Below, one piece after another: positions 25,601 through 40,600 of a stretch of 64,000 bases of DNA; positions within the stretch are counted from its first letter, which is position 1, and each line of letters begins with the position of its first letter. The translations under genes and the position numbers were made by a program. The stretch spans positions 10,974,001-11,038,000 of the forward strand of contig OZ249446.1 in assembly GCA_965235115.1 (NCBI GenBank). The letters are read 5' to 3'. The DNA is from Laetmonice hystrix (taxonomy: Eukaryota). The notes beneath the pieces are model-generated. The model was not told the origin of the DNA. It saw only the letters and a list, made by a program, of their open reading frames with translations, and ran no database searches.

Positions 25601-28600
25601 TTCAGGGGTGCCATCTAGGGGGTAGACTGATTTCAGGAGTGCCAGCTAGGTGATAGACAGACCTCAGGAGTGCCAGCTAGGTGATAGACAGACTTCAAGA
25701 GTGCCAGCTAGGTGATAGACAGACTTCAAGAGTGCCAGCTAGGTGATAGACAGAGTTAAAGAGTGCCAGCGAGGTGATAGACAGACTTCAGGAGTGTCAG
25801 CGAGGTGATAGACAGAATTCAGGAGTGCTAGCCTCGGTCCAATATCTCAGCCGTGTTTTAATCAGACTAACAGATGGCAGCCATTTATCAGAGTACTTTT
25901 CTACTTTCATTTCGTCCCGACTAAAAGTGAAATAAGATGACTGTTGAAGATCCATCAGCTAATGGAGAGACCAGCTGAAGACGGTCCTCTTTTAATTTGA
26001 GACGGTGGTAGAAACAGAAGAGTCGAAACGGTGGAAAGTGGGCCTTGTTTCCATGGATACCGGCCCTCTATCCTCCTCCTTTAGTAGAGTTCTCCAGTGA
26101 CCCTCTAGTCCACAGAGACCAGTAATAGGAGAAGACTGAACCAGACGGCCAGCCTCCGAGACCATGGAGGGTTAACTAGTCCAGCCACCGAGACGGTGAA
26201 GGGTTAACTAGGTCAGCCACCGAGACCATGAAGGGTTAACTAGTCCAGCCACCGAGACGGTGAATGGTTAACTAGGCCAGCCACCGAGACCATGGAGGGT
26301 TAACTAGTCCAGCCACCGAGACCATGAAGGGTTAACTAGGCCAGCCACCGAGACCATGGAGGGTTAACTAGTCCAGCCACCGAGACGGTGAAGGGTTAAC
26401 TAGTCCAGCCACCGAGACCGTGAAGGGTTAACTAGTCCAGCCACCGAGACCATGAAGGGTTAACTAGGCCAGCCACCGAGACCATGAAGGGTTAACTAGT
26501 CCAGCCACCGAGACCGTGAATGGTTAACTAGTCCAGCCACTGGCAGGGTTAACTAGTCCAGCCACCGAGACCATGAAGGGTTAACTAGTCCAGCCGTTGA
26601 GACGGTGAAGGGTTAACTAGGCCAGCCACCGAGACGGTGAAGGGTTAACTAGGCCAACCACCGAGACCATGAAGGGTTAACTAGTCCAGCCACCGAGACC
26701 ATGAAGGCTTAACTAGGCCAGCCACCGAGACGGTGAAGGGTTAACTAGGCCAGCCACCGAGACCATGAAGGGTTAACTAGTCCAGCCACCGAGACGGTGA
26801 AGGGTTAACTAGTCCAGCCACCGAGACCGTGAAGGGTTAACTAGGCCAGCCACCGAGACCATGAAGGGTTAACTAGTCCAGCCACCGAGACGGTGAAGGG
26901 TTAACTAGGCCAGCCACCGAGACGGTGAGGGGTTAACTAGGCCAGCCACCGAGACAGTGAAGGGTTAACCTCCCAGCCACCGAGACGGTAAAGGGTTAAC
27001 AAGGTCCTAGACTTACATTCGTCAACAGGTACGCTGTAAACGGTTACTTTGAAAATATTCCACGACACTCCGAGCGTAGACTTCTTTCTGTGTAGGGCCT
27101 ACTGACGGAGTGGCTGCCAGAAGGACCGAATGTTTAGCATGGCCCGTGGACGACCATGGAATCAGCAATAATCACCACAGAAACCGTTAATTTGTTGGTC
27201 ACAGGTCGTGTGATTCAGGACTCAGCCTCTGGACACAGCGGCCACTTACTGAATCAGCACCGCCTTGTGAAACCATAACTAAACGATGCGAGTACGCCGG
27301 CCCCACGACTTAGCTCAGTGGCTAGAGGCCCGAACAGACCGTACGAAAAATGAGAAGTGGGTCATATGCAGTCGCATGACGTTACGTTACGGGATGTTAC
27401 GTTACGTTATGTGTTGGTCTGCCCCGGCCAGCTCCCCGCCATCACGAGCGATGATAAAATACTTAGGCTACCACATGACATGGCGTTACGTGACGTAATG
27501 TTAGGTAATGTTACGTGACGTAGGCCTACGTTACGCTATGTTGGTCTAACTCTTGTTATCACAGTTATTATGCAGCAGAACCAACATTAGAAAAAATACA
27601 TTTTATAGAAATATCCAATCAGTCATCCAATTAGTCACCCAATATCATACGATGGCTTCATGGTCAGGAAATTTGGGACAACGTTTATATTGAGTTTGCT
27701 GTACAGATTCCAACTGGCAGCCTACCTCAACATCAGAGAGAGAACATAGGCCCTAAATGTCTTGTACGTTTTCATTTTGGACCAACATCTAAAGAAAGAG
27801 ATGGTATACTCACGAGAGAAATGTTGAAAAGGAACAGGAACAAAGTATAAAGATATAAAGTATAAAGTACCGTTGCCAACTGGGGACCGGGTTATCAAGT
27901 ATTTTGTGACATATACCTCTGGGTGAAACGGTCACGCACCTGTCCATGTTAAAACATCCAGTGTGGCTGTCAGCCCAGCCCAGCTGTGTCTGCCAAGATG
28001 GTACAAGTGTATAGGTGAGCTCAGTTGCCAAAGTTTATGCTGCTTGTCCTGTATGAATTCATCCACTCTGACTGAAAAAAAGAGTTATGGAATCCTGTCA
28101 ATAGTGAACCATCTCTGTGCACCAGGTGTGACTCAAGGTGACTGCAGCTGGTGTGTGGGATATTTACAGACAGTGAATGACGATCGACAACAGTTTAAGT
28201 ACATCGTACAGTCTAAGTGTAGACTGACAACTTGAAGACGTTTCGGAGTATAAACTCTAAAGTAGAAGCTTTACAGTAAGTCGAGGGATTCCTTTATGAT
28301 ATGAGGGTACTATAGGCCTATAGAAGATTCCTTTATTATGCGGGGACACCAGGATTCCTTTATGATGTGAGGGCACTGTATGATTCCGGTATGGTGTGAG
28401 GGCACTGTATGATTCCGGTATGGTGGGAGGGTACTGTAGGATTCCGGTATGGTGTGAGGGTACTGTAGGATTCCGGTATGGTGTGAAGGTACTGTAGGAT
28501 TCCGGTATGATGCGAAGGTATGAGTCGATCAGAGAGTTGGAGAGAGGAGGTGTCCGTCTGCCGCCAAACGACAGTTTCGTATTCTGGCGAGGTTCACGTC

Positions 28601-31600
28601 AGCGTGTATTAGGGAGGGGGAGGGGGGGTCACAAAGGGGCCCACTCTCCAGCAGGATGTCAGTAAAATCGGGCTGCCTCCTGCTGCTGCTCCATGACAGT
28701 GCTTTGAGTCGCGACATCGCTTTGAGCCGAGCCCCCCCCCCCTTCCTGCAACCTGGGGCACCTTGCATGGGGAAGGGGCCTTTTCACTCGCTGTATTATA
28801 AAAGAACAGTGACCGGTGGCCTCTGAAACGTCCTCCGGGCTAGATTCGCATGGAAATATCTGTACGAACATTGCTGGAAAGTACTTCCCATCTGTCACCA
28901 TAGCCCCAAACCTGTGGCTTAACCCTAACCTCGGCAGACTTCCGAGACGCCCTTTTCCAATCCCTATCCATGCCCCAACGTATTGACTACCTTATATCTC
29001 TAACCTCAGTCCTCAGGTACAGTGTAGCAGGACTGTAGCGGTACAGTGTAGCAGGACTGCATGTAGGGGTACAGTGTACATGACTGTGGCGATACAGTGT
29101 AGCAGTACATAGCAGGACTGTAGCGGTACAGTGTAGCAGGACTGCATGTAGTGGTACAGTGTACATGACTGTGGCGATACAGTGTAGCAGTACTGTGGCG
29201 GTACATAGCAGTACTGTAGCGGTACAGTGTAGCAGGACTGTAGCGGTACAATGTAGCAGGTGGCGGAACAGCGGTACAGTGTGGTGGTGTAGTAGTCGAG
29301 TTGGCCGTGAGAAGGACAATTTGTTTCCTTTGTTGTGGGCAGGGTGAGGTTTTTGTTGTGGGTAGGGTGAGGTTTTTACAAAGCGGTCTGATTAACGACG
29401 AATGTTGTCTTCAAACAGTCGGCATCATCACTCGGAGAGTCTCATGAGATCGGGGCGGAATCTAACTCCACTGCAATCACAGGCAGCATTAGTTTATATT
29501 GTCACACCGTAATGGGATGTGGGGAGGGGGAGGGGGCGTAGATTCTACAGGTTATCATCGTTTGGGATGGTTACAGTCGGTGGTTCTGTGGAGGCAGGCT
29601 GCCGAGTGAAGTGGGGGGTCGGCTGGCTGCTGGCTGGTCGGCTGGTCGGTTGGCTGGCTGCTGGCTGGTTGGCTAGCTCGCTGCTGCATGGTTGTCTGTC
29701 TGACTGGTGGGAGTTACAAGCGGGAGTTATCAGAGAAGTCCCTGGCCTGTTGGCAGTCTCCCTTGGTGGAGTTATTAGTGCCGCTGGATGTCAATGTAAT
29801 GGCGCGCTCTTTCCTGTTGCTACACAATCTGGTTTGTACAGAGGTATTAATGAAACATGCCTTGAGAACGGAATGGCAGACACTCTGACGTTAATCTACC
29901 AAGGTAACTTCCCGGGAAATCTGCCGTGAAGAACTCAAAATCTAACGGTATTTCTGGAGAATAAGATCAGTTCTTTTATTCTGCTGTGTAATTTTTTATC
30001 ATATCCGAAAAAGTTAATTCTTTCAAGGCTTTTACTCTCGCCGGGACGTTGTCTGACTTTTGTATTTGGAATAGTAAACTGGATATTTAAAAAAACAAAA
30101 TGTGTCCTATTTGACATTGAAAAATGCCTCAGATAACATTACCTCATTGTGGCCAGGCTGTTTTGAAAACAAAACCCTATGTAAATTTTTATCAGGGATT
30201 CTACCCCCCCCCCCCCGTATCCTGAATTCAGTATTGAACAATACCGAGTTTGAGCATGCAATCAAACAGTACAGCGAAGGATGGTGGGTATTGTGGTTGA
30301 AACGGTAAAAACAACCCCCGCTGGTTCGCATGACGTGACAGCGGCAAGGAGAGGAGGTTTAGTGTCGCCCCCTGGTGCCGTTTATCTCGACGTGACCAGC
30401 CCGACCAGTAGGCCATCCATCATACACCATACCAATTATTCTCACAATTGGCAATTAGTGTGAGCAGAGGATCCAGCCTCACATACCAGCCTAGTCAAAA
30501 CAGAAATCATGGATATCTCAGATAAAAACGTCCTATCTGATTGGTAATCACATATTGAGCGTGTTTCATCTGGTCAGGTTTTTAAATGATAACGGAATAT
30601 TTCATTGGTATCCTGTGATATGTGACAAGTCACCATCTTCTGTAGCTTCAAAGTTAATCCTTGATTCCTGTGGCTTGAAAGCGTCAGCTCCAACGTTAAT
30701 CCTTGATTCCTGTGGCTTCAAGCGTCAGCTCCAAAGGTAATCCTTGATTCCTGTGGCTTGAAGCGTCAGTTCCAAAGGTAATCCTTCATTTCTGTGGCCT
30801 GAAACGTCGCTCAAACCCGTCAAATCATAGAACACAGTAAAATCCTCGCCTCAACACATCCCACATTCTGTACAAAAGTCTCGCTTACCCTGAAGTAAAA
30901 GTCTCCAGAGAGAATGGAGGCTGTCTAACACAGCGTGAACAGAGGGAAGTGGTGGTCTTAAACTGATGTCAGATACCAGTGACTGCTTTTATTTAATGAT
31001 GGATGCGCTTGTCGTCAGGCAGGCGGGGGCCAGGTCGGTTGCAATCCAAAAGGACTCTGATTTTGAGAATATCTCCATGGTGACGTAGGGTAGGGGTGGA
31101 TTAGGGGAAAGGGTAACGAATTATTGTTTGGAGGTGGGTTGAGGACCGGAAAAGGGGTAATATTTGGGTTAGGGGCAGGGTTGTGTACAAGTTATTGTTT
31201 GGGGAGGCTTGAGGACCGAAAAAAGGGGTAATTGGGTCTGGGAATAGTAATATATTGTTAAGTTTTGACCCCTAGGTTTCGTGTATAGATGTTACCATGG
31301 TGGCCGACCGTTATTGGGGCGTCTCGTACCATGACGGTTGGGGCGTCTGGTGCGATGACGGGTCACCTTATCATCCTAGTACACTCGGCAGGACAGCCGC
31401 ACTGTACAAGAGGTTATAGGAATACACGCGGACACTATGCACCGTGGGAGGGCCGTGAAGTGGCTTCCTTCAGTAACCAACCATGGGGAATTCTAACTAA
31501 GAAACTATTTCCATGAAAGAATCTAAAGCAGCCCATTTGCTGTGCTGTCTGGTATTATTGCCAAAGACTAAAACATTGTTAATAGATTTTTGTTGCCTGG

Positions 31601-34600
31601 CAGTTAGCCGTAATTGACATAATCTGACACATTTCGTGTCGGCACACAAGTGTTCCAGGTAGGATTGGCACTGTCTGAAATATTTATGAACCGGCATAGA
31701 ATATAAAGGACACCATCACGACATTTGAGTGTGTATGTACTTCCAGATTCAGAGCTCTAGTCTACATCTGTGCCACTGTTGAGACGATGTCGTCAGCAAA
31801 GATGGAGTTAATGAATTAAACTCCTCCCTTCCTGTGGGATAGGAATCTAATGGTGGGAAGACAGTAAATCTGACAGGGCAAGAGTGGTAACCGACAGTCA
31901 CAGTTCTGGTGAAGGTAGTGGAAAGCAGACAATATTGACACTGGGTCTTTGATACAGTGGCTTCATGCCAAGCAATGGTTGTGTTCAATATCTGCGCAAC
32001 TCTCCATATACCACATGAGTGGGAGATAGATGAAGGCACGAATCAATCAGTAGGCGTGGAGAAATAAAAGGGAGAGCTTCAGGGATTTAGGACTCACATC
32101 TAATGGTTCCCTCTCAGGCTGGAAATTGCCTCAAGGAACGCAGTCGTAGGCATCAAATGAAAATTATTGATGCATTCTCTGTAGCAAACAACGTTTCGAT
32201 ACCCGGTCCGTTAACACCATTTTAATACCCGATCTGTTAACAACATTTTAATACCCGGTGTGTTAACGTCTCAATACCTGGTTCGTTAAAATTTAATCTG
32301 TTAAAACTTTATATCTAACCACGGATTCGGAGCCATGAGTGTGCTAAGTGACTGATGTGAGAAATAGCTGTTAAACGCAGGTATTAAGTGTTATAAATGC
32401 TGGCTTGTCTTGATTGCAATGATAAGCAAGTCATGGCGTTATTGCACGACTCGGGTCTCGTACCACATGGAATCATACAGCAGCGACCCTAGCGGCAGTG
32501 ATTGAAGGCAGGGGATTGGCACTTTGACTTGGTGGGAACATGGCCGTAATCCCAACCGTGAACAACGTAATATTCACACGGAGAACTGTTCAAAATGAAT
32601 GAGAGTTAATGGGAGCAGAATGCAGGGCTCATGGCAGGAGTAGAGGAATTAGCCATGTTAAGGGAAAGATTACAAAGGTTTGTGTTACAGGTAGGGTCTG
32701 GCAGGTTGAGTAAGAGGGGAAGGCAAAATGATGCACGGATCAGGGGTCAAAGATTTGACCTTGAGATGCAGTCAGATTATTGCACATGCGACGTGAAGTG
32801 TTATCAAGGTCAATCTGCCTGACCTTGAAAAGTGGCTGTGAGTTTTAATCCGATTAAAGTGGAATGTCTTGGGCTGCATGGTATACTACATCAAGGTCTC
32901 ATCTTGGCGCGTGTCTCAACCCTTAGCTCAGATGGAAGACAAAACCAGAGGTGATCTGTGAGATGGCTGTATGACTGTGGCAGAGGTGATCTGTGAGATG
33001 GCTGTATAACTGTGGCAGAGGTGATCTGTGAGATGGCTGTATAACTGTGGCAGAGGTGATCTGTGAGATGGCTGTATAACTGTGGCAGAGGTGAGCTGTG
33101 AGATGGCTGTATAACTGTGGCAGAGGTGATCTGTGAGATGGCTGTATAACTGTGGCAGAGGTGATCTGTGAGATGGCTGTATAACTGTGGCAGAGGTGAT
33201 CTGTGAGATGGCTGTATAACTGTGGCAGAGTGATCTGTGAGATGGCTGTATAACTGTGGCAGAGGTGATCTGTGAGATGGCTGTATAACTGTGGCAGAGG
33301 TGATCTGTGAGATGGCTGTATAACTGTGGCAGAGGTGATCTGTGAGATGATTGCTGTATAACTGTGGCAGAGGTGATCTGTGAGATGATGGCTGTATAAC
33401 TGTGGCAGAGGTGATCTGTGAGATGGCTGTATAACTGTGGCAGAGGTGAGCTGTGAGATGGCTGTATAACTGTGGCAGAGGTGGTCTGTGAGATGGCTGT
33501 ATAACTGTGGCAGAGGTGATCTGTGAGATGATGGTTGTATAACTGTGGCAGAGGTGATCTGTGAGATGATGGTTGTATAACTGTGGCAGAGGTGATCTGT
33601 GAGATGGCTGTATAACTGTGGCAGAGGTCATCTGTGAGATGGCTGTATAACTGTGGCAGAGGTGATCTGTGAGATGGTTGTATAACTGTGGCAGAGGTGA
33701 TCTGTGAGATGGCTGTATAACTGTGGCAGAGGTGATCTGTGAGATGATGGCTGTATAACTGTGGCAGAGGTGATCTGTGAGATGGCTGTATAACTGTGGC
33801 AGAGGTGATCTGTGAGATGATGGCTGTATAACTGTGGCAGAGGTGATCTGTGAGATGGCTGTATAACTGTGGCAGAGGTGATCTGTGAGATGGCTGTATA
33901 ACTGTGGCAGAGGTGATCTGTGAGATGGCTGTATAACTGTGGCAGAGGTGATCTGTGAGATGGCTGTATAACTGTGGCAGAGGTGATCTGTGAGATGGCT
34001 GTATAACTGTGGCAGAGGTGATCTGTGAGATGGCTGTATAACTGTGGCAGAGGTGATCTGTGAGATGGCTGTATAACTGTGGCACAGGTGATCTGTGAGA
34101 TGGCTGTATAACTGTGGCAGAGGTGATCTGTGAGATGGCTGTATAACTGTGGCAGAGGTGATCTGTGAGATGGCTGTATAACTGTGGCAGAGGTGATCTG
34201 TGAGATGGCTGTATAACTGTGGCAGAGGTGATCTGTGAGATGGCTGTATAACTGTGGCAGAGTGATCTGTGAGATGGCTGTATAACTGTGGCAGAGTGAT
34301 CTGTGAGATGGCTGTATAACTGTGGCAGAGGTGATCTGTGAGATGGTTGTATAACTGTGGCAGAGGTGATCTGTGGGATGGCTGTATAACTGTGGCAGAG
34401 GTGATCTGTGAGATGGCTGTATAACTGTGGCAGAGGTGATCTGTGAGATGGCTGTATAACTGTGGCAGAGGTGATCTTTGAGATGGTTGTATAACTGTGG
34501 CAGAGGTGATCTGTGAGATGGCTGTATAACTGTGGCAGAGGTGATCTGTGAGATGGCTGTATAACTGTGGCAGAGGTGATCTGTGAGATGGCTGTATAAC

Positions 34601-37600
34601 TGTGGCAGAGGTGGTTGGTGAGGGAAGGTATTGTCCCCCATCGTGGAGTATCAACAGCAATCTCCGTTTATCAAGTCAGAATCTGTTCATATAGCAGTCA
34701 GTCCACGGGACCAGCGCGAGTCAGGCGCGGGGGGGGGGGGTGCCCACCGTCAATTATACTGACCTCTTCCCGGTGACATGATGCGATCAGTGGACACAGA
34801 AAACCAATGAATGTGGATCAGCTCAACATGTTGGCTCAGAACACCGTGAAATTGATTATTTTACTCCGTGGTTATTTTGTGGCAGTATTTATTAATTGTA
34901 CAGTTAATTCTGAAATTGATGACAAGGCCCAAAGATTAGGGTATTATACTTGATGTTGGCTTTCAAATGCTCCAGGCGAGATATGATATATAAATCTACA
35001 TGTTTTAATTTTGGGGATCCCCTAGTGCGGACTTGCTACCGACACGCTAATTTGCATATCAAATGACTCGGGGTATATGGACATTCCCGCCTCCATGGTG
35101 TAGAGGCGCTGGCCTCGCTTGTATTTATGCTGTGTGGTTTTCAGAATTTCTAAAAGGACACAAAAGGTGAAAGAAAAATATATTTAATAGTTTACCGAAG
35201 AGGTACACTATTCCAGGGCATTTGATGTCGCTGGAACATTGTTGAAATCGTAGCGAAAGTCAGGGTTGTGTACCACACACCCGTTCTGTGGTCCCTGACC
35301 ACGAGGGTGTTATATAAAGCAATTAGCACCTCTGTAGAAATGTAGGGAATTGCGAGACACCGGTCTCCACGTTCGGTCGTAGTCTGGAAACAGAAGCTGT
35401 TGAAAATCTCTGGCAGGGTTCCGAGTCAGCTCGCTCTTCATGGTATTTTATCAGGCTGAGATCATCAAACGTTGAGATTACAGATTTTTTGGGGGTTAAC
35501 TCTAATTTCTCCTCACTCATTTTGTTTCTATCTGAAGCAGGGCCCAGAGCCTGGTGTGATATTGGGTATTGTCCTGTGTAGGTTTACATCTGAAGCAGGG
35601 CCCGTAACCTGGTGTGATATTGGGTATTGTCCTGTGTAGGTTTCCATCTAAAGCAGGACCCATAACCTGGTGTGATATTGGGTCTTGTCCTGTGTAGGTT
35701 TCCATCTGAAGCAGGACCCAGAGCCTGGTGTGATATTGGGTATTGTCCTGTGTAGGTTTACATCTGAAGCAGGACCCAGAGCCTGGTGTGATATTGGGTA
35801 TTGTCCTGTGTAGGTTTCCATCTGAAGCAGGGCCCAGAGCCTGGTGTGATATTGGGTATTGTCCTGTGTAGGTTTCCATCTGAAGCAGCACCCAGAGCCT
35901 GGTGTGATATTGTCCTGTGTAGGTTTACATCTGAAGCAGGGCCCATAACCAGGTGTGATATTGGGTATTGTCCTGTGTAGGTTTTCATCTGAAGCAGGAC
36001 CCAGAGCCTGGTGTGATATTGGGTCTTGTCCTGTGTAGGTTTCCATCTGAAGCAGGACCCAGAGCCTGGTGTGATATTGGGTATTGTCCTGTGTAGGTTT
36101 CCATCTAAAGCAGGGCCCATAACCTGGTGTGATATTGGGTATTGTCCTGTGTAGGTTTCCATCTAAAGCAGGACCCATAACCTGGTGTGATATTGGGTAT
36201 TGTCCTGTGTAGGTTTCCATCTAAAGCAGGACCCATAACCTGGTGTGATATTGGATATTGTCCTGTGTAGGTTTCCATCTAAAGCAGGACCCATAACCTG
36301 GTGTGATATTGGGTATTGTCCTGTGTAGGTTTCCATCTAAAGCAGGACCAATAACCTGGTGTGATATTGGGTATTGTCCTGTGTAGGTTTTCATCTGAAG
36401 CAGGGCCCAGAGCCTGGTGTGATATTGGATATTGTCCTGTGTAGGTTTTCATCTGAAGCAGGACCCAGAGCCTGGTGTGATATTGGGTATTGTCCTGTGT
36501 AGGTTTTCATCTGAAGCAGGGCCCAGAGCCTGGTGTGATATTGGATATTGTCCTGTGTAGGTTTACATCTGAAGCAGGGCCCATAACCTGGTGTGATATT
36601 GGGTATTGTCCTGTGTAGGTTTACATCTGAAGCAGGGCCCGTAACCTGGTGTGATATTGGGTATTGTCCTGTGTAGGTTTCCATCTAAAGCAGGACCCAT
36701 AACCTGGTGTGATATTGGGTCTTGTCCTGTGTAGGTTTCCATCTGAAGCAGGACCCAGAGCCTGGTGTGATATTGGGTATTGTCCTGTGTAGGTTTACAT
36801 CTGAAGCAGGACCCAGAGCCTGGTGTGATATTGGGTATTGTCCTGTGTAGGTTTCCATCTGAAGCAGGGCCCAGAGCCTGGTGTGATATTGGGTATTGTC
36901 CTGTGTAGGTTTCCATCTGAAGCAGGACCCAGAGCCTGGTGTGATATTGTCCTGTGTAGGTTTACATCTGAAGCAGGGCCCATAACCAGGTGTGATATTG
37001 GGTATTGTCCTGTGTAGGTTTTCATCTGAAGCAGGACCCAGAGCCTGGTGTGATATTGGGTCTTGTCCTGTGTAGGTTTCCATCTGAAGCAGGACCCAGA
37101 GCCTGGTGTGATATTGGGTATTGTCCTGTGTAGGTTTCCATCTAAAGCAGGGCCCATAACCTGGTGTGATATTGGGTATTGTCCTGTGTAGGTTTCCATC
37201 TAAAGCAGGACCCATAACCTGGTGTGATATTGGGTATTGTCCTGTGTAGGTTTCCATCTAAAGCAGGACCCATAACCTGGTGTGATATTGGATATTGTCC
37301 TGTGTAGGTTTCCATCTAAAGCAGGACCCATAACCTGGTGTGATATTGGGTATTGTCCTGTGTAGGTTTCCATCTAAAGCAGGACCAATAACCTGGTGTG
37401 ATATTGGGTATTGTCCTGTGTAGGTTTTCATCTGAAGCAGGGCCCAGAGCCTGGTGTGATATTGGATATTGTCCTGTGTAGGTTTTCATCTGAAGCAGGA
37501 CCCAGAGCCTGGTGTGATATTGGGTATTGTCCTGTGTAGGTTTTCATCTGAAGCAGGGCCCAGAGCCTGGTGTGATATTGGATATTGTCCTGTGTAGGTT

Positions 37601-40600
37601 TACATCTGAAGCAGGGCCCATAACCTGGTGTGATATTGGGTATTGTCCTGTGTAGGTTTACATCTGAAGCAGGGCCCAGAGCCTGGTGTGATATTGGGTA
37701 TTGTTCTGTGTAGGTTTCCATCAGATGCAGGACCCAGAGCCTGGTGTGATATTGGGTATTGTCCTGTGTAGGTTTACATCTGAAGCAGGGCCCAGAGCCT
37801 GGTATGATATTGGGTATTGTCCTGTGTAGGTTTCCATCTAAAGCAGGACCAATAACCTGGTGTGATATTGGGTATTGTCCTGTGTAGGTTTTCATCTGAA
37901 GCAGGGCCCAGAGCCTGGTGTGATATTGGATATTGTCCTGTGTAGGTTTTCATCTGAAGCAGGACCCAGAGCCTGGTGTGATATTGGGTATTGTCCTGTG
38001 TAGGTTTTCATCTGAAGCAGGGCCCAGAGCCTGGTGTGATATTGGATATTGTCCTGTGTAGGTTTACATCTGAAGCAGGGCCCATAACCTGGTGTGATAT
38101 TGGGTATTGTCCTGTGTAGGTTTACATCTGAAGCAGGGCCCAGAGCCTGGTGTGATATTGGGTATTGTTCTGTGTAGGTTTCCATCAGATGCAGGACCCA
38201 GAGCCTGGTGTGATATTGGGTATTGTCCTGTGTAGGTTTACATCTGAAGCAGGACCCAGAGCCTGGTGTGATATTGGGTATTGTCCTGTGTAGGTTTACA
38301 TCTGCAGCAGGGCCCAGAGCCTGGTGTGATATTTGGTATTGTCCTGTGTAGGTTTTCATCTGAAGCAGGACCCAGAGCCTGGTGTGATATTGGGTATTGT
38401 CCTGTGTAGGTTTCCATCTGAAGCAGGACCCAGAGCCTGGTGTGATATTGGGTCTTGCCCTGTGTAGGTTCCGACAGTTCAGATATGATATTTCCTGTGA
38501 CAGGATGACACATTGGATCCTGCCTGTGGGGCAGGGGGGGGGGGGTGAGAAATGGAAGCCCATCACCCAGAAATATGTCCATTAAGAAGATCCATTGCGG
38601 GAAATCTTCATCATCTTTTGTTCTTCTGCCACATTGTGCGGCCATATCGGAGTGCCACCCAGTGAGACATGATCTAAATGTTCGACTCGACCTCATTTTT
38701 CTTGTCTCATGACTATATATTAAGCGTATATGGACTTAACTCTGTCACATGTCAGTTTGACAGCCAGACTTAACTCCGTCACATGTCAGTTTGACAGCCA
38801 ATGCTTAATAAGAATTATTTTTACTTCATATCACGAGAACATTGATAAAATTATGAATGAAATTATGCTTCAATGAAAACTATCCATCGACTCATTTACT
38901 GCTCAATATTAGCTTACATGTTAGCCACATTTAAAGTTGCTGTGAATGACGGCTCTAACTATATAATCCTGTAATATGTTGTCCATTATCCCGGGCCCTG
39001 GGGGCCTACTGTCCTCGCAATCTGCATTTATTGCTAACAATTGTACTCGTAATGGCAATAATTTCCTACTTACGGATGACTCGGGCACTATATTCTAAAA
39101 TAACACCAATTTGATCCCATTAAAATAGTTTTCAAGTAGGAATACTTTGTACATTTCGTGATGATAATGTAATTTAGATGTCCGTGACACAGAAAATGAT
39201 GTGTGTAGAACACATTTAGACTACGGAAATAAAGAAATACCGGATCCTGGGCACATAACTGCCATGTCTGCAGGAAACCTACAGATTAGCTTCAGTCGTA
39301 TAGAAAAACTAGACTGTAACAAGAATAACGTTCAGGTAGCCTTTTCAACCATTTGAAATGTTTAGAAATCTTCTCAGGAGTATCTATGTTGTACAGATTG
39401 TCACATCACTAAACGGAAACAGCACATAATACGATTTCTAGAAAAAACTGTTTGAGGTTTAATAAGATTACCAATCGTGATTTTACTTTTCCTGCTGACG
39501 TGGAACTGTCGGGAAGAATTAAATCTCACACCATTATGTTGTGAGTAGGTCTGTCTCCGAGAGAAAATGACTTGAGCTCGGGTTGTAATTGGTACAATTG
39601 TTGTATTGGAGGTGAGATCCATGCATGTTTTCACTGAGCGAATTACTGACTGATAACAACAGGCAGCCTCGTGTTATTGGCTTTGTCATGAAAGGTGACA
39701 GTACAATGGTAATGCTCACAGGCAAGTTTATTGAACTGTGTTTTCCATTGTCGGGAATGTAATTGGAGTCTGAGAGCAGTATTGATTGCAGGCATGTTAA
39801 TGAAATCAGTCCTGAATCAGGTTAGCCTGAGGAAGTTCAGCGCACGAACTATTGGAATCCAGCGGCAGGTTGCATGCCGGTCCCTTGTCATTTCTCCTTT
39901 AAAATACCAATTCAAAAATGCATTGGAAGTTTAACTGGGCACAGTTAACGGACAGTCATGCAACCAACCCCTGGGCGCAGTTTTTAGTTTGTCGTGGTAC
40001 CAATCTTAAGACTGGAATTTTAAGACTGATTTGTTTTGTGGTCTCTCATTGGCTGACTTCATTTGAAGGACCAATCAGAAGCTCTAAAACAAAAATTCAG
40101 TCTTAAGATTTGAATCTTAAGATTCGGTTTGCAAACTAAAACCCAGGGCCTGGCCTCCATTTTGAAGGTCTTCAGTTGTGACCAATGTCCCCAAACCTGG
40201 TTAAAGAGCTCTGATTGGCTAGTAGCGTGAAGCTAGCCAATCAGAAGCCATGCAGGAAGCCCTGAGCACACCAGTAGGCTAAGACATACCTGCATATTCA
40301 TTTTCCTGACGATTTGGTCAATTTTTGTGAAACCAAGTTACATCTACTAGAATCATGTTTAGTATTCGTAGAGCGAGAGACATACATGTGTCAGTGCTAT
40401 ATCATGTTCAAGGAAGGAATTATCCGGAGGATTCAAGTTGAAGGTTTTCCTGTAACCAATTTCCTTGATATGTACCGATTTGACTCCTGTGGTGATGAGG
40501 CCCATGCTTACCACAGTACGAGACTGGGGTCGATTTATACACATGGGATTTTGCCAACAGCCTGTTCACGTTAACGGACCACATATTGCTATCGATTGGT

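Noticed and set aside
27300-27330. tRNA/SINE A-box TAGCTCAGTGG
   Set aside because: No B-box or cloverleaf downstream; at most a SINE head remnant.
27955-28235. Cys-rich EGF-like fragments (CVCQDG; [13 protein letters not shown])
   Set aside because: Needs a frameshift, cysteine spacing is incomplete, and there is no consistent exon structure.
32891-34660. 589/385/337-aa minus-strand ORFs ([32 protein letters not shown] repeats)
   Set aside because: Artefact of a 35-bp unit lacking stops on that strand; all three frames are open, units carry -1 indels, and it lies in an intron.
35517-38696. Many 100-220 aa ORFs ([13 protein letters not shown]...)
   Set aside because: Translations of the 58-bp array; the unit length is not a multiple of three.
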